From positions 20,849,109 through 20,913,108 of the forward strand of contig CM082577.2 of the NCBI GenBank assembly GCA_040954595.2: 64,000 bases of DNA. Direction: 5' to 3'. Both the position numbers and the translations under genes were made by a program. Every line of letters begins with the position of its first letter. Positions within the stretch are counted from its first letter, which is position 1. Source of the DNA: Balanoglossus misakiensis (lineage: Eukaryota > Animalia > Hemichordata). Of the stretch, positions 1-10,268 are shown one piece after another. The notes beneath the pieces were generated by a model, which worked only from the letters and a program-made list of their open reading frames with translations, made no database searches and had not been told where the DNA came from.

Positions 1-1277
1 GTGTGAGCTTCTTGAAGAATATCATTGATGTCAGTAAGAATTTCATTATTGTCATTCATAAGAGTATGAATGGCTTTTATGTTTTGTTTAGATTTTTCCA
101 GATTAAAGAAATACTTGGTGGATTTTTCACCCTCTTCAACCCATTGAACTTTGGAACGGATGATGGCCCCCCTAGTTTCATACATAATAATTTTGTCAAG
201 TTCATCTTGGATAATAGTAGCATTTGTGAGATCATAATCCTGATATTTACATGCCTTAGCTAATTCCCATTTGAGTTTTCTTTGAAGAGTCTTACGAAGA
301 TGACGTCTTAATTTTGTTTGTTGTTTGGAGTACTTTTGTGAATAATTACGAATTTTATTTTTCAGAGACTCCCACCAAAGTATTTTATTTTGAACGTAGT
401 TGGGATCAGATTTAGAATTTGTAATAACGGCCGAAATATTATTGACAAACACTTCATCTTTTAGGTGGTCTTTATTAAAAGACCAAATGCCTGGGCCACG
501 GGGTGTATTAGAAAAATCGAAATGAATTTGGATGAGGTCATGATCACTGAGGGGAAAGTGGATAATGTTAGAACGTTGACAATAATGGACAATGTCCTCG
601 TTTACGAGACACAGATCAATACGGCTTTGTTGAAGGACACCGTTAGTTTGACGCTGCCAGGTGCATACCCTGCTATGCGGGTGTTGATTGCGCCAGATGT
701 CAATTAGTGAATATCGGCTAATGAGGTCAACCAGGTGTTTACGTGATGGATCCACAGGATCAATGACAGTGGCAGACTGGTCTAAACGTGGATTGATTTT
801 GGTGTTAAAGTCACCTATGACAATATTGAACGAATTTTGGATCATGAAATTGGGAATTTTGTGCCAGAAACGAGCTCGAAGATAAGGTTTAGATGGTGCA
901 TAAATATTAATAATATTAATATTCTGACCCGCAATTTCCACATTAAGGGTGATAATTCTGCCCTCATCATCGCTCTGATGGTCTATCACTGTAATGTCAG
1001 GCCGATTTCTAACCAGAAAAGCAACCCCTCTTCTTTTTACAGGATCACGGCAATTGTTACAATAAACAGAAAAACCAGGTGCAATTTTAGAACTAAAATA
1101 ATGGGCAATATTGTCATCCCAAAAAGTTTCTTGAAGTGAAATGATGTCACTTTTGTTATCTTTACAAAATTCAACTGTAAGTTCAAAATTGCGTTCTTTA
1201 CTCAAACCATTTACATTTAAAGAGGACAAAATCAACATACCTAATGTAAAAAAGGAAATGTAATTATAGCACTCCAT
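1..1277 (-). CDS. LINE ORF2, N-terminal apurinic-like endonuclease domain (partial, appears open to the window edge)
   Basis: Manual translation gives SSLNVNG...SLQETF...NIYAP...IVIGDFN...SRIDLCLV...SDHD...GPGIWSFN...WWESLK...GEKSTKYFF. The ATG at 1277 sits in TAATAATG right after the ORF1 stop; a second in-frame ATG is at 1238. Confidence 0.9.
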   Translation of the reverse strand, partial: MECYNYISFFTLGMLILSSLNVNGLSKERNFELTVEFCKDNKSDIISLQETFWDDNIAHYFSSKIAPGFSVYCNNCRDPVKRRGVAFLVRNRPDITVIDHQSDDEGRIITLNVEIAGQNINIINIYAPSKPYLRARFWHKIPNFMIQNSFNIVIGDFNTKINPRLDQSATVIDPVDPSRKHLVDLISRYSLIDIWRNQHPHSRVCTWQRQTNGVLQQSRIDLCLVNEDIVHYCQRSNIIHFPLSDHDLIQIHFDFSNTPRGPGIWSFNKDHLKDEVFVNNISAVITNSKSDPNYVQNKILWWESLKNKIRNYSQKYSKQQTKLRRHLRKTLQRKLKWELAKACKYQDYDLTNATIIQDELDKIIMYETRGAIIRSKVQWVEEGEKSTKYFFNLEKSKQNIKAIHTLMNDNNEILTDINDILQEAH

Positions 1278-1279
1278 TA

Positions 1280-2478
1280 TTATTCTTGTGATGGTTCTTC
1301 TACACTGACCTGGTTTTCATTGTCACTGTTATGATGTTTTGTCCTTGTTATTAATTTTGGTGTGAAGATCTGTTTCTTTCTTCGTTCTCTTTTCTTTCTT
1401 TTCTCAGTGGTGTTGTCATCAGCATGGCGTTTTGTCTGGCAGTTCAAAATGCCTGAAGTCTCAATTTCCATATTTTCCTCAGTTGTTTCCCGTTGTGTTT
1501 CCATGTCCCGTTGTTTCTCCTGTTCATAATTTGTTGTTTCCGACTCCTTTTCATGTACCAGTTCTTGGTTGTTATGTTCAGTTCCATCTGGTTTGGCGTT
1601 AACATTTTCCTCTTTCTGTTCTTCTGTGCGCTGTTCATCTTTGTCAGTGTTATTCAAGTTCTCGTTGTTTACCTGTCCCTGTTCGTTGTCTTGTCTTTCC
1701 TCTTCTTCTTCCTCTTCTTGTATTTCTTCCGCATATTTCTCGATGATTGCGTCGACCTCACCGTCTCCATAAATATCTGCGTTGCAATCAATGGCTTTAT
1801 GGCCTATGGCGTTGCATCTGTAACATGTGAGATTTTGGCAGGCTCTTTCCAGATGACCCATTTGCTTACACCGTTTGCACTGATAATTTGGACAGTTGTA
1901 TATTAGATGTGATGAGTCAAGACAGTGATTGCAAACTTTGTGCTGATTGGTATGGATTAATCTCACATAGGGACCATTACTTTCGAATTTCACAGCGTAT
2001 GGAAGAGATTTGACTGCAGCAGGCAATTCTACACGAATAAAACGTGTACCGGTTTCTACATCGGGTTCTTCATGAAAAAATTTACGGATGACAGGACCTC
2101 GAATTTCTCTACAATCGCTTCATCAGGAGTATAGGCAGGAACATTTAGAAAGGACACAGTTAGCAGTTGCCTTACCAAGCCTTGGATGTCAACTGGGCTC
2201 CCATCTACCGCAATACCTTCAGTAAGTAATTTCTCCGTGTCGTCATTGTTCTCTACACTAATTTGCCACACGCCATTGATCTTTACACACGCGAGAATGT
2301 GATCGCTTTCAATAATTTCCTTCACAGCACGAATCAGTTCCAGAGCTGAATAATCCTCATCCGTTATACATACGGTGTTCTCCTTGACAGCAGACCGTCG
2401 ACCAGGACGACACACTGATCTGTACTTAGTTGGAGTACGTTGACGAACGCTCGAAGAAGAACCGGGCAGGGCGGCCAT
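1280..2478 (-). pseudogene. LINE ORF1 (gag-like, three zinc knuckles), frameshifted near 2100
   Basis: Track ORFs 2056..2511 and 1280..2026 join by a frame change (…EAIVEKF / RGPVIRKFFHEEPDVETGTRFIRVELP…). Knuckles are CNHCLDSSHLIYNC, CKRCKQMGHLERAC and CYRCNAIGHKAIDC. Confidence 0.85.
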
Positions 2479-2660
2479 CTTGGCTAGACCCTGCCGGGCA
2501 CAGGCACACAAACGAAAACTTCTGAGATCTGCCCGAAAACAGACTCAGAAGTTAAAAATAAAGATGAAAACAATATCCACAATGTCCTTAGAACACACTC
2601 AAGTTACTAGAATGACTGGGTGACTAGATTTCGTTGAGATATTCGCCGATTACCGGGACC

Positions 2661-2732
2661 ACTACGCCCAACGCAGGTTTGCTTCGTTGATCAGACGAGA
2701 ACTGGCTTATTCTACGTGGTATGGCCGTAGGC
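2661..2732 (-). rRNA. 5S: 5S rRNA-like sequence, 5' 72 nt only (truncated at the Tx1 junction)
   Basis: The minus strand reads GCCTACGGCCATACCACGTAGAATAAGCCAGTTCTCGTCTGATCAACGAAGCAAACCTGCGTTGGGCGTAGT, collinear with metazoan 5S nt 1-72. Helix II (ACGTAG/CTGCGT) can still pair, and a TTTATAGT TATA-like motif lies about 25-30 nt upstream. Confidence 0.85.
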
Positions 2733-3736
2733 GAAGGATGGTTGAATTTCTCCTACTATAAACCTGAATCCCACACCATTGGACACATAGCTCGACTTGG
2801 TAGATGACATTGGTGACTATGGACCCTGTGGTTGCTTTGATACAGAAGATTATGCTAACCATAGATCCAAGAGTGAAAGGAAAGGAGAAACAGCAGCTTT
2901 TTTTCTGGAGGCAACATATGTTGCAATCTTAAATTGTTTGGAGAAACAAATAGCTCATGAATTTTGCGCACATTTAAAACATAGCTTACAAAGTAAATTT
3001 ACAGTATTGCCAAAATATCTGCTGGAATATGGATAACTTTACTTGCACACTATATTATTTCCAGTCACACTCTTTTCAATCTTTCCGCTTTTCTAATGTA
3101 GATGTGAGTCATTAATGGGTTAAGTACGACTGCAATACCTGTTCACCAATCACCACAACCCATCGAGGGACCTAGCACTGAACTTTGGTAAACTTCAGCA
3201 AATGCGCTTCATTCTGAATGGAGGGTTTTGGAAAGAAGGTACATGTGTGGACTACAGGTACATTACAAACTATTATACTGATGAATATTTAGTTATTTTC
3301 ACAGGAAGAAATTAAACATACTTCACTTTATTTTAACCACACACCAGGCGGTCATATTTTAATGGGATTACCACTTTACTATTGAACTGGTTAAAACTAA
3401 CACAGGCAATCTAATGAAGTGTGTTTACTCCAGTATATATAAACTTCAGTGAGAGTGCAACTGTATAGACTCGTGTTAGTTTGTAACTTTTGGAAAATAG
3501 TGCCAAAGGTTAATTTCACTGGACTTTAATTAATGCTTTTCAGGTGGGATACTGTAAAATAAAGGACTTTTAAAAATAATAGCATGTAAATTATTGTTTA
3601 AATCACAGATGCTGTGGTGATGCCGTGAAGAGAATGAACCACAGACCTGAGGTTCAGAAATTTCTAATTGGACAACAGAACAAAAAAAGGTCATGGGAGG
3701 CAGTTTGCGAAAGGTACTTGGAGCGTTGGAGGTTTG

Positions 3737-3739
<3 letters not shown>

Positions 3740-3822
<83 letters not shown>
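3740..3822. repeat. (TG)n microsatellite
   Basis: Pure dinucleotide run. Confidence 0.99.
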
Positions 3823-3823
<1 letters not shown>

Positions 3824-5297
3824 CTTTTCCTAATATGTGATTTACAAAGATTTTCATAACTTTTTTTCTTTTCATTGCTTGTATAGGTCAAATGCACCAG
3901 CAATAAGACCAATGGAGACAACCCCACATTGGACATTACAAGGTAAAATGTATTCTTTCTCATACCATGCATATGAAAGAGAAATTTAATCTGGACTAAA
4001 TTTCAATTATCAATAACAATGATGTCTGTAGAGCATATGTTGACAAGTGTATGTTACAACCGGATTTGAAGAGTAGAATACGATAGTGATGTTAATATCA
4101 GGAGCAAAATTAAAGATTTTCACTCATATTTCAGAGTCTTGGCTGCGCACAATATTTCCGTCACGCCTGAAGATGACATTGTGGAATTCAAGTCAGTACA
4201 AGCTGAAAATGGTTCAGTCAATGGTGGCTCATTCCTGAGATTCACAAATTCAAGTGGAACAAACGTATGTTAGTCATGCTGTATGAGGTTTAGTTCTTAC
4301 AAAAATACAGTAAAGTATGCACAAAGACAGCAGAGTAGTGAAGGGTGATGTAGATTTTCATAATAACCAAGTATTATACATCTTACTTTAGTAACGTTTC
4401 GAGGAAATCCTTTCATTTTATGACATTAACCTAAAATGCCATTATGATGTTATTGTCATAAAGCTACATGTTTTGCTCAGGCTGTTTAGTGTCGAGTTTT
4501 ATGGGTGGAGACATACATTAATAAAATATAATAATTACTGTTCTTGTAGTATTTGGACCGGTACATTTTCTGTTTAAGGCATACAGAACCTTGTATATGA
4601 CCATACCGCTTATTCTCTCTCCATTTTCTTCATGTTTGGAAGAAATTAATTTTTTATTAGCTTGTTTGTAATTTGAATATGGACATTACACTACCCATCT
4701 TTTTTATCCGCACTGTGTTGTTTTGAGGATTTGTACCATAAAGACAAATGGTTTGATCCTTTAACCAAGCCTACAAACACCTACTTAATATTTTTTTTCT
4801 GTTTCAGTCCTATGGAAGACTAACCACATGTGTAAGAATTACCGGTGGTGAGAAGAAACTGGACCACTGTATTTTGCAGAGGTTCACCCTGCCAACCTGC
4901 ACGATATGATAAGTTTAATTGTGAAATTTTCCGCTTCACAAACAACACTCATTTAATTTCCTCGAATCAAGTCAATAGTTTAGTTTCATTTGTTCACTGT
5001 TGTGAATATACTACCTGTCGTGTTAGAAAAGATGAATTTACCCATGAAAGCCTGTATAATTTTTACAGACTGAATAGATTTTTTATTGGGTGAGTGTGCC
5101 AGTAACTTTTAAAGTGTGTATTTTTATAAACTTGTGTAATATGTATATACATATTATGGAATAAAACCGCCAGAACATTCACCTAAGTTGTGTAATAGAC
5201 TTTACCTTAATAATACATGACAGTTCTCTCATGTACACATTCTAAATCAGCAATCACTATTACCCAAGGAAAGTAATTTACCAGGTCTCAGACAGTA

Positions 5298-5575
5298 ATG
5301 CTACAGGCATGTAGAACATGCATGTAGCATAGCTGCTACAGGCATGTAAAACATTAATGTAGCATAGCTGCTGCAGGCATGCTACAGGCATGAATAACAT
5401 TAGTGTAGCATAGCTGCTACAGACATGTTACAGGCATGAATAACATTAGTGTAGCATAGCTGCTGCAGGCATGCTACAGGCATGAATAACATTAGTGTAG
5501 CATAGCTGCTGCAGGCATGCTACAGGCATGTAGAACATTAATGTAGCATAGCTGCTACAGCCATGCTACATGTCA
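5298..5575. repeat. About 46-bp tandem repeat (TAGTGTAGCATAGCTGCTGCAGGCATGCTACAGGCATGAATAACAT), subterminal repeats of the CACTA-like element
   Basis: About 5-6 imperfect copies ending roughly 120 bp inside the CACTA terminus. Confidence 0.85.
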
Positions 5576-8136
5576 GTTGCAACTGCCATGCTACATTACT
5601 GTGGCTACTTTCTAGTTACATTGCTATTCTGCATGGCTGTTACATACATGCTGCATGACAGCTACACACATGTTAAACTTTGGTTGTGTAGTGTCAAATA
5701 CATTCAAGCAAGATAAGTCCCTGGTAGCCATGCTCTGGTGGTTAACTTCACGCGCCCTCTATCGCTGATAAACTGGGGACACATCTGCCAAACAAAAACG
5801 AAGGCCGCATCCGCAGAACTATAAAATAGCATTAACCGTGGGCTTAACGAAAACTATTAAAACTATAGTATAAATGCTATTGTAATATGAAAGAGGGCGT
5901 GTCAATCGTTCTTTTCTTTGTAACAAACTATAGAGGGCGCATGCGAGCGAGCCATGTGCAGGACGTATCGGTCCGTACTTAGTGTATACTAATATACATA
6001 TGTACTACTATGGAATTTAAAGCAATTAAACATGTTTATGACCTTGCGGCACAATTGCTGGTCGATGGTGTTTGCCTGTCCCCATCCCCCAAAGCATATA
6101 TTGATACTATGCTGTCTTGCGTGCGTGTACACACTCTTCGCTTCTATTAGTATTGCTAATATTTACTGTCTCGTTAATGCATTTGTATGTCAATCACCTC
6201 ACCCTAAGAAATATCATTTATGGCCTTGTAAAGCGACGAACATGTGATAAAAGGGTGAAATGTGGTTATCTGCAATTCAATTAAGAAAGCTAATGTCATA
6301 TGGCGCTTTTGTACTTGCGCTTACACGGACTCGGGCGATTAATTCAAACATGAGCAAGACAATTTTGACACAGTGACCGTGCTTCAACGGACGTTTCCGA
6401 ACTTGTTCACATTATCAACGATAAACAGCATTGAATATCAGTTCACGGCCTCTCCATGGAATGGCCAAGATCACACCGTTTCAGCAATACAGTACACATA
6501 ATGTATGATGTTTCAACATTCAGGGCACTTCAAGTATTGACACGGTTTTATGGTTAATTCAGTTTTTACAATGTTATATGCTTGACACAGCTGTGTGTTA
6601 GAAACCGTCGTCAAGTGACGTCACTTCGATTCGTATAAGAAGCACTCTGAGTGGATATATTGTTAAGTCAATTCCATTTTGGTACTATGATTCATAAAAA
6701 GCCACTACAAGGTTGCTTGAATATGACACATACATTTTATTACATGTACAATATCCAATGTGACCTTGAATCTGTCGTTTGACTGCAGACACGCTTTAAC
6801 GACGAAAAGGTTAGAGTTCAGCTCAGAGAAGCAACTTTATATTTTTACAAAACAAATACACAGGAAACACCATTGCTAAAGTCATGCTGTGACACACCAT
6901 ATTTTCAAATATGCCGTTTAGAAAAATATTGAGCGAATGTAAATGGCCAAGAATTAAAAAGATAAATAAGTCTTGGAACTTACAAAGTAGGTATTCGGTA
7001 CAACATGGGATAACTTACAACGGCTACCAGTAAAAAATGAAGAAAATTGGAAATACGATATTATTATACGTGATTTTTGGAAATTGTCATTTTATTACAT
7101 TGGATAGTGTAGCGGTTGTTGGATGGATTGCATGGATTGGGTTAAAAAGCCACATTTATGGTAAATGCAAGAAGAAAGGTGGAGTGAAAGCACTACAACA
7201 TTAACACATTAATTACGACACATTTAACAAATTGGACGAATTAAGAATGCTATTAAAGTTCATACGAGGGCAAAAGTGGTTGGTGAATTGATGACACAGG
7301 AGTAATTGCGTGAGACACAATGCAAGGCCAATCGTTTTCGTGAAAGAAGTTTTGACAGGACCTATATACATGTGTATATTACGAGATGTTCCTGGTCGAG
7401 TCCACACTGTGCAGTCAACTTGTAGAGAATCCATTACCCTCGTGAATTACACTGTATGGTCTACATGTGTCATATATACGTGTTTCACACAGACGGATAT
7501 TGCCCAGCTTCTGAGATGAGCCATCTACTTAGTAAGACAGATTGATGGGCTTGGCAGTTCCCTTTTAGACTTTAAATAACCAAACCACATATATGTTCGT
7601 GGTAGGGCACCCTGAGTCACTTTAAGTCAAACAGAAATAGTAAATGGGCCCTACTATACCAAATTGTAACATTAGCATTATTTAAATGTTAAGTGAACAC
7701 GATCTACTTTATAAGTTGTTTACTCGTTATAAATTTTATCCAATATTAAAATATTCCAATGTCGTTCACATCCTTCCGTCCGAAGGGAAACAAACAGAGA
7801 AGAGCTCTCGAGAATGCACTTCTCGCGAACGATTCATTGGGTGCCAAAACATCGAGTTGAGAGAGTGCACACATATAACTGAGGGCGATCTCAACCCGTG
7901 CGCATCCACAGATATGCTTTAGTGAATGGACAGTGTGAAATGGTCGGAGGCGTTTGTAGACTATTTCTTCAGATCAACAGTCTTTTGAATGTTGCTAAGC
8001 ATTATGGCCTGATGAGACACAGTCCTCCCAGAGAGGTTATTTATCAACATGCTTAGATGGCGCTGCTATTGTATGGCCCAGGGATTTTGCACGCAGTTAG
8101 GGCGTCTAACGAGTGACAGACAACATCTTCGTCGCG

Positions 8137-10199
8137 TCACATTTCATGCCGGTGTTCCCTCTCAGTAAAGTAGTCGTACAGGATCCTCTTCATCAACTAA
8201 AATAGAAAACAGTAATTTATTGTGCAAATATTTACTAAAATTCACGGCATGAATTACATTTAAATATATTTTCAACAGAACTTGGAAGTTTTGACTGAAC
8301 TCTTGCCTTAGTTTTCCTTACGTTCCATGCCCCCAACAACGCGCCTTCAGAATATCATTTTGGACATGCGCATTCTGCACAGTAGAATCACGATATTTTA
8401 ACGTCGCTTTGGTAATTATTAATCTCGGTTACCCGGACTCCTCTACAACGGAAGAAGCAGAGGAGTCTGGGTAACCGAGACTATGGTAATTATATGAAAT
8501 ATAAATGTATGCAGAAGACGCAGTAGAATGTCAACAACACATCAAAGCATAACACATCACAACACAACTGTAACAACACAGTACAACACTTTACACTACA
8601 CTACACCACATCACACCACACCACACCCTGATTGTAGCGGATCCGATGGTTTGCAGATCAAATACTTACTGCGTCATATTCTAATTGCTGTCGCATTGAT
8701 TGGCCCACTGAAATTTGTCAGAAATGTTAGCTACATCATGAGCTTATACATACAAGATGGCATTTTACATAGATTCGACCTTTTATTTTCAGTTTAATAT
8801 TTAACCCTTTAATAAATGAAGACACGTCTCGTAGATTAAAAGTGGACAACCCGCAACCACTGTGGCAAGATATAGAAAATGTGACCAGTTGTATGATCTG
8901 TGCGTGGAAATGTAAACAGTTGTTGTTATAAATGGTGAAAATTCAGCGTAATATACGAAATTCTTTTTTTTTTCAAGCTTTGTGTATCTTATCATAAGAA
9001 TTTTACTCTCATACATCAAACACGTATGAAGACAATCACTATTCACATTGCTTAGAGCATAATCGCCTTTCAGACCATGCATTTTTACATTTGTATACAA
9101 ATCAACGGTATGCTAGAATGTGCAAACAAACTAGAAACATCTAACTTGATATTACTGTATCTAAACGCAGCCAATCAGAAGGTAGTTCACCTATTTCGTC
9201 ATGCAGTCGACGGCTTACCTTTGAGCTTACCTTGGCCTTGCATCTACCCAACAGAGATTGACACGAGTTTCGAAACAGTTCCAAAATGTTATACGGAGGT
9301 GGCAAAGAATAGGGCTGTCTGGAAAAGTCGACTAGTAGCGTCGTATAAGAGAATCTCCACTCTCGCATCAAGTTGTTCTTGTTTGTGTACGTAAAAGAAT
9401 GAAAGTCCAACATAATATTTGTTTTTCAATAAACCAAAAAAGCAAGTGTAATACGGTCGATTAACTTATGTGAGGCATATGAGGAATATAATTATAATAG
9501 ACACGTCACCAAGTGAATTCCATCATTCTTTTCTGAAGATGTACGTAGCTATCGCCATCATGACAAGAAGTACTTATGGTGTGTTTATAAACAGTCGCGC
9601 ATGTGCATTACAGACGACTCCAACCCTTTTAACTCGAAATCATTTCCCAGACCAGCATGTTACATTTTGACTCAGCCTCGCAATAATCTAATCACACAAA
9701 CAGTCAATAACTGGTTGCATGCATTTGAGAACAGGTATGTTCTTGGCTCTTCATTTGCACAGCATCTTCCATTTTCAAGAAACAGTCATATTTGGCGTTG
9801 TAAGATTGTATTAAAAACGTCTACGGATTATGTCTTGTTACTATAGCAAACAGAGACCAATTAAGACCCACCACATACCTGTATATGTGAATACGTATTG
9901 GACAACATTGCGATGAATATGTTGAGCAGCGAGAGAACTGCCACGGCGCAATAACAAAAGTACATGAACAGTCCAAAAGATGATATGATCTCCGCCGATG
10001 TGTGAGTATGTAATGTTTGACACGGCGTCGTTTGGTTCATTCCGGGTGTCGAATTGGCAACACAAGTAGATGGCGGCGTCGAATACTGTTCGAGGTCATG
10101 AACGCCAAAAAGTGTCCACAAAAGCCTCCACGTGGTGGCAGAGAACCTTAAGAAAGCAGGACAAAACACATTTTCAAAGATCTAAGCAGTGACAATTTT

Positions 10200-10268
<69 letters not shown>

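Larger units (their letters stand above)
1..2660 (-). mobile_element. Tx1/L1-clade non-LTR retrotransposon, 5' part (5'UTR, ORF1, start of ORF2); runs off the window start
   Basis: A gag-like ORF1 with three CCHC knuckles is followed immediately by an APE-endonuclease ORF2 carrying the Tx1/L1-type linker GAIIRSKVQWVEEGEKSTKYFFNLEK. The 5' end is placed at the junction with the 5S-like sequence. Confidence 0.92.
2797..5693 (+). mobile_element. 3' half of a CACTA/EnSpm (CMC)-like DNA transposon with a spliced, decayed transposase-like gene
   Basis: Exon-like segments encode LVDDIGDYGPCGCFDTE / RCESLMG*VRLQYLFTNHHNPSRDLALNFGKLQQMRFILNGGFW (3102-3238) / CCGDAVKRMNHRPEVQKFL (3609-3713). More AG/GT-bounded segments lie near 3887-3941 and 4135-4264, with AATAAA at about 5161. 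Subterminal tandem repeats follow, and the right end ...TGTGTAGTG reads CACTACACA on the reverse strand at 5693. Confidence 0.65.

Noticed and set aside
5750-5942. Inverted GCGCCCTCTAT / ATAGAGGGCGC pair as a MITE or CTCF-like sites
   Set aside because: The match is only 11 bp, and no TSD or clear ends could be defined.
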